Shown in pieces: positions 12,985 to 24,850 of a DNA stretch of 64,000 bases. The stretch is taken from NCBI RefSeq assembly GCF_036321535.1, contig NC_087447.1, positions 51,276,001 through 51,340,000 of the forward strand. The letters are read 5' to 3'. This stretch comes from Camelus dromedarius (taxonomy: Eukaryota). The notes beneath the pieces were generated by a model. It did no database searches. It worked only from the letters and a program-made list of their open reading frames with translations, and was not told the DNA's origin. A program made the position numbers and the translations under genes. How positions within the stretch are numbered: position 1 is the stretch's first letter; every line of letters starts with the position of its first letter.

Positions 12985-13300
12985 AAGGCAATAGTATTGA
13001 TGTCACAGGCTGGGTGCTGTGCAAAGCCTCTTAGATGTTTTAACTTATTTAAACATTACAGCAACCCTATGAGAGGAAACCAGCACTTCTTAAGTATATA
13101 CCAAGTGCCAAGCACTGTTCTTAGTGCCTTGTGTGCAATGACAAATTTAATCCCCATAACAACTCTATGAGGTCAGTACTATCCCCATTCCCACTGGATA
13201 GATGGGAAAGTAAGGCATGGAAAGGATTTTTTAAAATTGCCCAGGGTTACACTAGTAAACTGGGATGTGAACTCAGGTTTCAGCAGCTATGCTCATGACC
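12985..13300 (-). mobile_element. MIR fragments
   Basis: AAGTGCCAAGCACTGTTCT...TTTAATCCCCATAACAACTCTATGAGG...TTGCCCAGGGTTACAC. Confidence 0.7.
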
Positions 13301-13329
13301 TGACAGCTGAGAACATGAAAACAAAGTAA

Positions 13330-14110
13330 GGAATTTAGACTTTCATCTGGCAGTGCCACTGGACAAGTTTAGGCAGAAAGCAACTTGTTCTGATTTGCAC
13401 TGTATAGTCATTGTAGTGGCCGTATGGATAGTGACAGGCTGGAAGAAGCCTGGAGGCAGAGAGACCAGTTAGTAAGCCAGATGAGAAAGAATAACAACAG
13501 GGCAGGGCAGTGAAAATACAGAAAGGAGAGGGCTTTGAGAGGCATTCAGGACACAGAATAGTCAGCCTATGGTGTTTTATTGAAGAGGGGTCAAGTTTGA
13601 CTCTGAGTTTCTGAGAGGATGACAGTGCAATCACAGAGATGGGGGATGCAAGGGAAGACAGGCTGGGGTTTGGGAGAATCAAGGGGCGAAGATAATGAGA
13701 TCATTTGGGACATACTGAGTCTTCGTACACACAGGGAGAGTGACCTGGCCACATAAGCTCCACAAAGGCAAAGGACCTTGCTGTTTCATTCACTGACATG
13801 GCCTAGTGCCAAAAACAGCACTTGGCATAAGATGACACCCAGTAAAGACAACACAGTAAATAGTTGTTGAATGAATACGAGTTTTGAGTTAGAAGAGCAA
13901 AAAGCTGTGACTTGGAAATTAGGAAACTGTGTTGGGAGCTGGAGCTACAGAGAGTGTCAATAGCACATAGAGAGAGGAGAGTTATAAGGACAGAATTCTG
14001 GGGACATAACACTTACAAGACAGGCAGAAAAGCTAACCGAACCCTAGAGAGACTGAGGAGTGGCCAGAAAGAGGGAGAAACTAGCCAAGGGCAGGTTGTC
14101 AAAGGCATCT
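13330..14110 (-). mobile_element. L2 fragment with a nested opposite-strand L2 tail (~13760-13880)
   Basis: CTGGAGGCAGAGAGACCAGTTAG; TTTGGGACATACTGAGT; nested TAAATAGTTGTTGAATGAAT. Confidence 0.6.
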
Positions 14111-14259
14111 CAGATTTCTAAGGTAAAAGAGACTCTGCAGCTCTGTGTTGTTTAAGCTTGGTGCATAAGAGCAACCGAGTTTTGAACAGTGCTCTCCAGT
14201 GTATAAAACATACCTTCTCAGATTCTTCTTTTTCTTTTAATTTCAACCCAATATACCTT

Positions 14260-14630
14260 TTATGAAATTTTTTATTGAGGTAAAAAGTACTTTTATTATA
14301 AGGTACAATCATCTTAAGTGTAATGCATTTTTGCATCTGTAGGCATCTGTGCAACCCCTATCCAGATCACATCCAGCTCACAAGACAGAAACACTCCAGC
14401 ACTCAAATGTTTCCTCCATACCCCTTCTCAGTCACCACTACCCTCCCCAACAGAGATAAGCATTCTGCCTTCTATAATCTTCCATCAGTTCTTGAACTTC
14501 TATCAGTTCTTAAATTTCGTATAAATGGAATAACACAGTATGCATTATTTTGTGTCTAGCTTCTTTCACTCAATTTAATAACAGTGAGATTCATCTGTAA
14601 TGTTTTGAGTTTCAGTGGTTTGTTCTTAGG
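14260..14630 (-). mobile_element. Old L1 (L1ME-like) 3' end
   Basis: TTTTTATTGAGGTAA...ATAAATGGAATAACACAGTATG...CTTCTTTCACTCAA. Confidence 0.65.
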
Positions 14631-14849
14631 TATTTCCAAAACCATAATTATCCTTGAGGGTAAAAATATCTACCTCTAAAGGCTGCTATGGGAATTCACT
14701 GTGACCATGTCTAGTAGCCACCCTACAAAATGAATGTTTATTGACTACCTGGCTTAGGTTCAATATTAAAACAATTTAATCCTCATAGTGGAATCATTAT
14801 TCCCTTTTCACAGAATTTAGTGGTATTTTGGAAGGAGTGAGGAATAAAA

Positions 14850-15923
14850 GAATGGTATGCTGCTAAACCAGTTTTCTGGAGGGAAAAACCCCTGACTTGG
14901 AGAATCTAAACAGACATTCTTCCAAAGAAAACAGACAGATGGCCAATAGGTACATGAAAAGATGTTCAACATCACTAATTATCAGGGAAACTTAAATCAA
15001 AACCATAATAAGATATCACCTCACACCTGTTAGAATGGTCTATTATCAAAAAGACAAGAAATAACAAGTGATGGGAGAAGATGTGGAGAAAAGGGAACCC
15101 TTATGCACTGCTGAAGGGAAAGTAAATTGGTGCAGCCACTATGAAAAACAGTGTGGAATTTCCTCAAAAAATTAAAAACAGAATTACCATATCATCCAGC
15201 AATTCCACTTTCAGGTATATATCTGAAGAAAACAAAAACATTAATTCAGAAAGATACATGTGCTCCCATGCTCACTGCAGCATTATTTACAACAGCCAAG
15301 ATATGAAAGTACCCTAAATGTCCATCAACAGACGAACGGATTAAGAAGATGTGGTACATATGTGATGGAGTACTACTCAGCCATAAAAAAGGAAAAAATC
15401 TTGCCATTTTTGACAACACAGATGGACCTTCAGGATATCCTAAGTGGAATAAGTCAGACAGAGAAGAACAAATACTACATGATTCCAATTGGAATCTAAA
15501 AACCAAAACACATAAAAGAAAACAACATTCATAGATACAGAGAACAGATTAGTGGTTAACAGAGGTGAAGGGGGTTACAGGGGTGGAAAAAAATGAATAA
15601 AAGCAGTTAACTGTATGGTGACAGACAGTAATTAGACTTATTTTGGTGATCACTTTGTAGTATATATAAATACTGAATTAAAATGTTTTACACCTGAAAC
15701 TTATATAATGTTACATACCAATTATACCACAATAAAAAAAAAAACAACTTTAAACCACCTAAAAAATATCACTGATTTGTAGTGTTTGCTGATTTTGTGG
15801 TATAATACTCTCATTGTGGCTGGTATCAAACTACCAAAGGTTTAACAATTAGCCTGCAAAATTCCTGGAAATTTAACAATTGGCTTTCCAACACTGATAT
15901 GAGCCAGTTCCAGCACACCACTG
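14850..15923. mobile_element. MER63-type hAT-Blackjack MITE split by an L1
   Basis: Right end AAATTCCTGGAAATTTAACAATTGGCT...GAGCCAGTTCCAGCACACCACTG; left end TGGTATGCTGCTAAACCAG; degenerate TSD (CCTGACTTG / CACTGATTTG) around the L1. Confidence 0.7.
14900..15750 (+). mobile_element. 5'-truncated L1 (ORF2 C-terminus + 3'UTR + A-tail)
   Basis: Degenerate ORF2 (MEYYSAIKK), AATAAA and A-tail at ~15731. Confidence 0.9.
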
Positions 15924-17112
15924 AGTGATCTTCAGACTCTGAAGCTCAGTCTGGCTAAGATTCTTACTCAAGGTCTCACATCTGGAAAGGCCAGCCTTTT
16001 AAGACCAGCATTTTCTGACCCTAATTCTTTGTGCTTTTTCTCCCTATATAAGGGATCCTTTTAAAATGAGCTGGCATATACTGATAGGCCTGAGTCTTAC
16101 TGATGGGGCTCAAAGTGCCCCCAAAGTTCATAATTGTCTAAACTTTCCTTTCTAGTAGTCACCTACTAAGTGAATTATCAACTAATAAAACATTATATTC
16201 AGAAACCACAATTGGGCTGCTACTAGAATTTATTAAAGATTAATTCTAAATTCACTATTCCACTAAGAAGTCTGGCTGCCAGGTCAATCCTCACAGTCCC
16301 AATTTGCCTTCTACTGTTCATTTTCTCACCCAGATAGATGGAATGCACTTAATTTGGGGAATGGACTGTCTGTTGTCAGAGTATTAAATCCTCATACTAG
16401 CATGGTCTTTGGTTTGTTGTGATTTTCAATTGCTGATGATCTTTCTCTTTAATTTAAAATTACTGTTAGTTTTACTTCCCCTTCTTTGTTAGTTAAGGTT
16501 GTTAAGTGTTATAGAACATGCAGTGGCACATGTTTACACCAGCAGCATTTTTGTTCTATAATTTTCTAATAACTAGACTTTAAGATATGCATACATGTGG
16601 TTCAGTTATGACTCATTCATACCCCTACTGCTGAAGCTGATCTAAGTATTATCTCTCTAAATTTTATTTTTGCACTCACACTTCTGTGGTGATGTGTGGC
16701 TGCCTCTGAAGTGGTGCTGCTTAAACAACTTGCAACATGCTCTCAATACAAGTGCATTTAAATTACTGGGTTATTATTAATTTACAAGGTATTGTTTATA
16801 ATATAAAATGATTTGAAAGTACATGTTCCCTCATACGGAAATAATAAATGTAAATCCAATTATACACATGCCTGTATTCTTATATGTGGGATCAAGAGAC
16901 TTGGGGAAGTTTATTGAGATTTAGAAACAATTTCCACACACCATACCAGAAGGTAACATGACACAGGTGAAGACACAGGTTTTGGAATCAAAATGATTTG
17001 AACAAATTCTAGATGTGTGACCTAGGGTGAAACATTTCTCTCTGTCTCAGTTTTCTTATATTTAAATGAAGCAAATGCCAACTATCACAGAAAGATATTT
17101 TAAAGAATAAAT

Positions 17113-18480
17113 GCATAAAAACAGGCTCATAGACCAATGGAACAGAACCAAGCACCCAGAAATAAACCCATGCATGTATGGTCAACTAATATTTGACAAG
17201 AGAGCCAAGAATATTAAATGGGGAAAGGATAGTCTTTACAATAAATGGTGCTGGAGAAACTGGTTATTCACATGTAAAGAATGAAATTGGACCTCTATCT
17301 TCACATCATTGACAAAAATTAACTAGAAATGGATTAAAAACATAAATTAAAAAAAAGAAAAGAAAGAAAAAATTTTGGGGGGTGGGTACAGTTCAGTGGT
17401 AGAGTGCATGCCTAGCATTCATGAGGTCCTGGGTTCAATCCCCAGTACCTCCATTAAAAAGGAGGCAGGGGGGAGAAAACTTAAATGTTTAAGACCTTAA
17501 ACCGTAAAACTGCTAGGAAAAAAAACATGTGTACAAAGCTCCTTGGCATAGGTCTTGAGAACAATTTTTTGGATATAACACTAAAAGCACACAATCAACA
17601 AAAACAAGAACAAAGTGGAACTAAAAAGCTTCTGCAGTAAAAGAAATGATCAACAAAATAAAAAGGCAACCAGTGAAATGAGAGAAAACATTTGCAAACC
17701 ATATATCAGACAAAGGTTTAATATATAAAATATATAAGGAAATCATATAACTCAACAGTAAAAAGACCCATAATTTGATTTAAAATGGGCAGAGATCTGA
17801 ACATTTTTCCAGAGAAGACACACAGATGGCCAACAGGTATATGAAAACGTGCTCAACATCACTAATCATCAGGGAAATGCAAATCAAAACCACAATGAGA
17901 TATCACCTCACACCTGTTAGAATGGTCTATTATCAAAAAGACAAGAAATAACAAGTGATGGGAGAAGATGTGGAGAAAAGGGAACCCTTATGCACTGTTG
18001 GTGGGAAATGTAAACTGGTAAAGCCACTACGGAAAGCAGCATGGAGGTTCCTCAAAAAATTAAAACTAGAACCTTTGTATGATCCAGCGATCCTACTTCT
18101 GGTGATATACCTGAGGAAACAAAGTCACTATCTTGAAGCGATATCTGCACCTTAATGTTCATTGCACCATTATTTACAATAGCCAAGACATGGAAATAAC
18201 CTGAGCGTCTGTCAATAGATGAATGGATAAAGTGTTTATATATATATAAATTCAACCATAAAAAGAAAGAAATTCTGCCATTTGCAACATGATGGACCTT
18301 GAAGGTATATGCTAAGTGAGATAAGTCAGACAGAGAAAGACAAATACTGCAGGATCCAACTTATATGTGGAATCTTTAAAAAAAAGCCAAAGTCATAGAG
18401 ACAGAGTAGAATGGTGGTTTCCAGGGGCTTAGGGTGGGGAGGAAATGAGGAGATGTTGGTCAAAGGGTAAAAAATAAATT
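17113..18480 (+). mobile_element. L1 ORF2/3'UTR fragment carrying a SINE insertion
   Basis: ATAGACCAATGGAACAGAA; AATAAATGGTGCTGG; ORF piece [14 protein letters not shown]...WRFLKKLK..YDPAI. Confidence 0.9.
17377..17460 (+). mobile_element. tRNA-Ala-derived SINE (camelid vic-1 type)
   Basis: GGGGGGTGGGTACAGTTCAGTGGTAGAG (A box)...GAGGTCCTGGGTTCAATCCCCAGTACCTCCA (B box), then A-tail. Confidence 0.85.
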
Positions 18481-18984
18481 TTTTAAAAAATTAAATGAGA
18501 TGATCAGATGCCCAAAACAAAGTAAGTGGCGTCTATTATTATTTTTCCCTACATGGCTTCTTATCAAGTAAAATCATGGACTTCCTTTCCCTATTGCTTC
18601 TCTAAGATTTTACCAGATATACAAATATTGTATTAGCATATTGACAATACAATCTGTCATGCAACCAAGATATATCTTTTCTAGAAAATCTGAGAATTCA
18701 TTCTATTTTAATAACTGGACACTCTTATGGACTCAAATTATTTTCTTACCCCAAATCCAGAACTTAAAGATCCCACTTTTTTTCAGATGGAAGATGCATC
18801 ATACACTACAAATAATTGGCAGAGAGTTAACTCTCCAAAGGAGTATGTTTGAAGAGAAAGTCGTAGCTTCAGAAAAAAAAAAAAAAGATTGAGAATTGGA
18901 TATAAGAAATGATGTTGAATAGGAAGAGAATAACTTTGTTGAGCACTGTAATATGGTGATTGAGAGTGAGGATCATGGAGAGAA

Positions 18985-19320
18985 AAGTGGTGGTTACCAG
19001 GGGTTGGGATGGGAGTAACGGGAAAATATTGCTCAAAGGGTACAAAGTTCTAGAGATAAAATTAACAAGTTTGAGGATCTAATGCACAGCATGGTGATTA
19101 TAGCTAATAATACTATTTCATACACTTGAATGTTGCTAAGAGAGTGGATCTCAAATGTTCTCACCAGAAAAAAGAAATGGTATGTGACTAGAAGGAGGTG
19201 GTAGTTAATACTATGGTGGTAATCATTTTACAATTTATAAATGTATCAAATCAACATGTTTTATACTTTAAACTTATACAATGTTATATATCAGTTATAT
19301 TTCAATAAAGCTGGGGGGAA
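18985..19320 (+). mobile_element. L1MA-type 3' terminus
   Basis: GGTTACCAGGGG...AAAGGGTACAAAG...TTGCTAAGAGAGTGGATCTC...TCAATAAAGCTGG. Confidence 0.8.
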
Positions 19321-19650
19321 ATTTTTTTTCTTTTTAAAGAGTGAGGGTCATACTGCCAAATAACCTGGGTTAGAGTCCAGATCTGTAAAATCTAGCCTTG
19401 TCTATGCCTGTTTCATCATCTAGAAAATGGTGATAGTAATATTTAATAATAATAATACCTAAAACAGTTGACATGAAGACTAAATAATTTAATACATGTA
19501 AAGCTCACAGAAATGCCCAGAATATAATAAAAATCCAGTGAATGTTAGTTATTACTATTATCCCTCAGGTCTGTTCTAGGTGCTAGGGCACAATGAGGTA
19601 TAAGATAGACAAGGTTATTGCATTAAAGAACATACCTTCTAGGCAAGGGG

Positions 19651-20014
19651 TGTGCCAGATTTGTTTGTTCCCCAAATCCACTTTCCACACTTCTCCACCC
19701 TGCTCTGTGCCTCCAGAGCTGACTAAAAGACCACATCAATGGGCTCTCTTGTCTTCTGGTTCTGTCTCCCTTCTTGCCTATATCCCTGTATCAAAACTAC
19801 AAAACCACAACCACAATTCTGTCAGGCAGTCCACTCTGGGTTCAGGCGACGAAACCCCCTTCTCCCTTTCAAGCTTGTGGGTAGTAATGCTTACCCCTAT
19901 TATTAGGACAAGATACTGCACTATCCCTTTTTGGTTTCCTAAAACCTCACCCACATTTGTCCTCAAATTATCCAATCTGAATGTGTCTTTTGTGCAAGGA
20001 TCCAGACCAATACA
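19651..20014 (+). mobile_element. LTR33-like ERVL LTR
   Basis: TGTG start; CTCCACCCTGCTCTGTGCC..GCTGAC..CATCAATGGGCTCTCTTG; ends GACCAATACA. Confidence 0.6.
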
Positions 20015-20104
20015 AGGAAAGACAGACAATAGGTAAACAAACAAATAAACAAGATAAGTTTAAATCAAAACAAAGTGAGGTAATATGATAATAGAAAAAT
20101 TTTA

Positions 20105-20735
20105 ATTATGTTTAATTATGGTAAATATACATGACATAAAATTTACCACCTTAACCGTTTTTAAGTGTCCAATTCAGTATTAAGTACCTTCACTCTGTTG
20201 TGCATCTAATCTCCAAAACTTTTTTCATCTTGCAAAACTGAAACTCTATACCCATTACACAGTAACTCCCTTCAGCCCCTGGAAACCATGATCCTACTTT
20301 CTCTATGAATTTGACTGCTCTAAGTACATCATATAAGCAGAATCATACAGTATTTGTCTTTTTGTGACTGGCTTATTTCACTGAGCATAATATCTTCAAG
20401 GTTCGTCAATGTAGCATGTGTCAGGATTTCCTTCATTTTTAAGGCTGAAAAATATTCCCTTATATGTATATACCACTTTTTGTTTATCAATTTATTCATA
20501 AATGGACACTGGGTTACTTCACATTTTAGCTATAGTGAATAATACTTCCATGAACTTGGTTGTACAAATATCTTTTCAAGACCCTGCTTTTAGTTCTTTA
20601 GGGTATACACCCAAAAGTGGAATTGCTGGATCATATGGTAACTCTATTTTTAGTTTTTTGAGTAATCTCCATACTTTTTTTCCTTAGTGGCTACACCATA
20701 TTACATGTCCACCAACAGTGCACAAGGATTCCAAG
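20105..20735 (-). mobile_element. L1MB-like 3' end
   Basis: AAAATTTACCACCTTAACC; TGTGACTGGCTTATTTCACT; GGAATTGCTGGATCATATGG. Confidence 0.85.
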
Positions 20736-20804
20736 ACTACTTATTTCTTAATATATATTAAAAATTATAGTACACACTACTAATTTCCAAAAAGTAGTAA
20801 AGTG

Positions 20805-21118
20805 AGGGGAGTGGGCAAAATGGGTAGAGGGGGTTAAAAGGGACAAACTTTCAGTTTTAAAATAAATAAGTCACAGGGAGGTAGAAGACAGCATGGTGAC
20901 TATAGTTAATAACACTGTATTGCATATTTGAAAGTTGCTAAGAGAGTAAACCTTAAAAGTCTTCATCACAAGAAAAAAATTGTTACTAGGTATGGTGACA
21001 GATGTCAACTAAACCTATGGTGATGATCATCTTGCAATATATACAAATACCAACTCATATGTTATACACTTGAAACTAACATAATGTTATAGTCAGTTAT
21101 ATCTCAATTTAAAAAAAG
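20805..21118 (+). mobile_element. L1MA9-like 3' terminus
   Basis: Homologous to 3312-3630; ends TATCTCAATTTAAAAAAA. Confidence 0.85.
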
Positions 21119-21811
21119 AGAGTAAAGGATAAATAAGAAGACATTGTTAGTTTCTTGAAGATTCTTCAGAGGTAAACTAGACACAGGCACATGTTTTCAA
21201 TTTTGGAGTCATTAGCATATAGACAGTATTCAAAACCATGAGACTGGATAAGCTCCCCTAAGAAGAAAATGTTAATTAAGTGCTTACTATGTGGGGCACT
21301 GTTCTAAGTGCTTTACAAGTATTATCTCATGTAGTCCTTATAATAACCCTACAACATAATTATTATCTTAACCCTCATTTTAGAGTAATTTACCTAAAGT
21401 CCAGCAGTTTTTAAGTGCTGGAGCTATGCTTGGAACCAAAGCAATCTGACTTCAATGCCTGCATTTGATTTGCTGTGAAGCTTACGGAGCTGAAGCTTCA
21501 TGGCTCCTCACTTGCACAGGCCCCTTCCTAGAGTAGGAGAGCTGAAGCAATGTGGTTGCTTCATCACATACTTTTGAAATTTTGCAAAGGCAAAATAGTT
21601 TCATCACTATTAGACCACTTTTCCTTTCCACTGCAACTATTCATCTTGTAGAGTACTGGTAGAATGGCCATAGACATTTTCGAGATTCTAAGGAGAAGAT
21701 GAGGATATCTTTAGTTTGGACTTAAGTGGATATATTTATGTGGCTCATAGTCACTTTCATGTATACATTTTTTCTTTATATATACATTTAATTTTTTCTT
21801 TATATATACAT

Positions 21812-22032
21812 TTAATTGAAGTATAATCAGTTTACAATGTTGTGTGAATTTCTGGTGTACAGCATAATGTTTCAGTCATACATATACACATATATTTGTT
21901 TTCACATTCTTTTCCATTATAGGTTACTACAACATATTGAATATAGATCCCTGTGCTATCCAGAAGAAATTTGTTGTTTATCTATTTTATATACAGTAGT
22001 TAGTATCTGTAAATCTCAAACTCCCAAACTTT
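21812..22032 (-). mobile_element. Lineage-specific L1 extreme 3' tail
   Basis: TTAATTGAAGTATAATCAGTTTACAATGTTGTG...TCTGGTGTACAGCA...CCCTGTGCTAT; reverse complement of tails at 36500-36700 and 57380-57600. Confidence 0.85.
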
Positions 22033-22454
22033 CACGTATAATTATTATCAACATTCTGGCGTAGAAATGGCTTCCAAAGAGAATTCTACTATCCACTGTA
22101 CCAACAGTACCAGCATTGCGACATGGTGGTGCAGTCATCAATACTCATCAATATTCAATATGAATGCATCTTACCGTGCCCAGCACAGCAAGTATGTGGC
22201 GGGGTGGAGGAGAAACAAGGGCTGCTGATGAGGATCCTGAGGTTAGTCTATGGAAAATTCTTTCAATCATCAGATGTATAAAATTAGAAGAGGATTTAGT
22301 TCTCATTGACAGCTAATCAAAATAGAAGTTCTCTCATGTCAGGACTATACTCATCATATATATATTTTTTCTTTTTTGACTGAAGATGTGTAAAATAGAA
22401 TTCATTAAAATTTTTGTTTGTAGAGCACATAACTGCAAATAGCAAATGAGTCTA

Positions 22455-23184
22455 TGGTATCTTCTGACTCAAGATATGTGCCATTTTTCCACACCAATTT
22501 TCCTACAACTGGGTGTCTAACAATTCAATTCAATCCTGACACTAAGTCACAGAGTTAGCACTGACCCCACAAGACTGCTTCCACTTCAGAAGCCAGCCAC
22601 AAACAGGGTGCCCAGGCTACCCACACGTTCTCCCAGCAGACTACAAATGTGGGGGTTCCCACAATACCCTTCTCAGGTTTGATAATTCACTAGAATGACT
22701 CATAGAATTCAGAAAAGTGCTATACTTACTATTATAGTTAATTATACAGGATACAAATGAAGATGAGGAGGGACATAGTTTGAGGTCTAGAAGGGTCCTG
22801 AGCATAATAAGAGCCTCTGTGCCCAGGGAGTCAGAGTTTGCCACCCTCTGGAAACACAGCTGTGTTCACCAACTCAGCAGCTCTCTGAATCTTGTAGTTC
22901 AAGACTTTTAATAACCCAATCTCCAGTCCCTACCACATTCCAGGACGTCAGAGGGTAAGGATGAAAGTGACTATGAAAGTATTTGCTCTTTCTGGTACCA
23001 GCCCCTATTCTGAAGCTATTTAGGGGCCCCATTCTGAGTCATCTCATTACTATAAACTCACCTGTGGTTGAAAGGGGCTTCTAATAAACAGCAAAAGACA
23101 ATCCCATCACTCAGGACAGTCAAACGATTTTAGAAGCTCTGTGCCAGGAACTGGTGACAAAGAACAAATACATACTATACCACA
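22455..23184 (-). mobile_element. MER21B-like solo LTR
   Basis: Reverse complement begins TGTGG...TTTGTCACCAGTTCCTGGCACAGAGCTTCTAAAA; AACTGGGTGTCTAACAATTCAATTCAAT motif. Confidence 0.8.
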
Positions 23185-23539
23185 GTCTGTATGAAGTTGC
23201 ATACACATCCAATCAGGACTCTTAATTTTTTACTTATTTTATTAAAACTTCAAAAATTTTTTTTCCAAATTTCAGTTAAAATGATAAGTTAGAGGTTCAT
23301 CAACCTTTTGAATAAACTTTCTCCAATTTTGCGTTCAAGTTTCCCTTCCAAGTTTTAAAACTATATTTTAGAATTCTGAAATGTTTCCATAAATACATTG
23401 CAAGATTTGAACAACTTTATAATGGGTAGACTTTCTCATTATACTTTGACTCTTTAAAGAAAAATCCACATTAGTATGTGTGCTGAAACTACCCGGTCTA
23501 CAAACAACACACACAGAATCAACTGCTATAATTCAAACC

Positions 23540-24120
23540 ATTTAATTAGTATTCTCATAGAAGGCAGAGCATCTACAAAATAAAAACAGGATGTTATGAA
23601 AAAGCAGGAAAAATCTGGGAAATTAAAAATACAAATGCTAAAATTTTTAACAGAAGGATTGGAAGATGGAAATCTCCCACAAAATAGAAAAAGAAAAACC
23701 CCGCATAAAAGGTAAGACAAAAATAGGAAGTCTAACATTGGACTAACTGGAGATTCAGAGAGAGAACAGAAATGCGAGGACATAATCGACAGAGAACTAA
23801 CAGAAAAACACTTGGAGCTGAAGGACATCAGTCTTCAAGTGAGAAAGTTCACAAAAATCTAGGATGATGAAGGACTCAAAGTCCACATTCAGATAGATTG
23901 TTGTGAAACAGTAGGACCGCAAGGGAAAAGAGGGGGAAAGCAGGTCACCTGCAACAAATGGCATCAGACTGGCATACGATCTGTCATGAGAAATACTAGA
24001 TGCCAGAAGACTGTCAACAATACCTTCCAAATTCTGAGGGAATCTGACTTTACAACTGTACAATTTAAATTGAAAACAGAAAATCACCAAGAATAAAATA
24101 ATGCCCATGTGTCTACTATT
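23540..24120 (+). mobile_element. Highly decayed L1M ORF1 region
   Basis: A-rich; CATCAGACTGGCAT..ACTAGATGCCAGAAGAC..CCTTCCAAATTCTGAGGG typical of old L1 ORF1. Confidence 0.6.
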
Positions 24121-24444
24121 CAAAATAAAAATGTTACATTAAAAAAAAGAAATTAAAATAAACAAATAATTGTGTTAACATTTTTTTTCATTTTTGCTTC
24201 AGAAAATAAGTAAAAAATAGAGTACTCTATACTCCAAAGCAACTATTCTCATGAACTGGGTATGTATCTCCTAGTCTATGTTTTCACACTTTCACTACCT
24301 ATATATGTAGCTATAAACAATAGATAGTAAAGGTCATGTATTTGAAAAGTATAAGAATTGAAATCTTATAGTATAAATCCTTCTGCAGATTGCTTGTCAT
24401 CTTCTCTGTTCTATCTGCAAGCTATGTAGGGGGCACTCACTACC

Positions 24445-24850
24445 AAGGGCATATCCAGGCTTTGTGGGGTCTGAAACTTAGACAATTGAGGGGGACTTTT
24501 TTAGTAAAAAGAATATTAAATTACAAATAAAAAACTATATGTGAAAGTAAATTTTTATTTAGAGTGAGAAAAGAAATTACAACTTTTAAAAAGCTCTATA
24601 TACGTTTTTCCCTACAGCTTCTAGCTACTTATTTTTTGATAAGCTCTTCATAGGACAGTGATTTTGTAATGTCATTTCCAATAGAGAGAAAAGATAATTC
24701 AATCTTATCTCTGTAGTTGATCAAAATTCACTTTTTTGTAGTTGACAGTTTGTAAGTTTTCTTTCTGCCCCACACATCATTATTGGTAAGGTCACATAAA
24801 TTATCAGGATTATTGTCGACTGTGGGAAAGCCTCTATTTTGCACGCTTAC
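24445..24850. mobile_element. Zaphod/MER115-type hAT terminal fragment
   Basis: CAAGGGCATATCCAGGCTTTGTGGGGTCTGAAACTTAGACAATT...AAAAAGAATATTAAATTAC. Confidence 0.55.

Larger units (their letters stand above)
21465..23500. mobile_element. Zaphod-like hAT-Tip100 transposon remnant with two nested insertions
   Basis: GATTTGCTGTGAAGCTTACGGAGCTGAAGCTTCATGGCTCCTCACTTGCACAGGCCCCTTCC matches the remembered Zaphod/MER115 end; right boundary uncertain. Confidence 0.6.

Noticed and set aside
19593..20036. 147-aa ORF
   Set aside because: Lies in an LTR33-like element; chance ORF.
8200..23184. Two MER21 LTRs as the ends of one provirus
   Set aside because: They are clearly diverged from each other, ~14 kb apart, and the DNA between them is ordinary MIR/L2/L1-containing sequence with no gag or pol.
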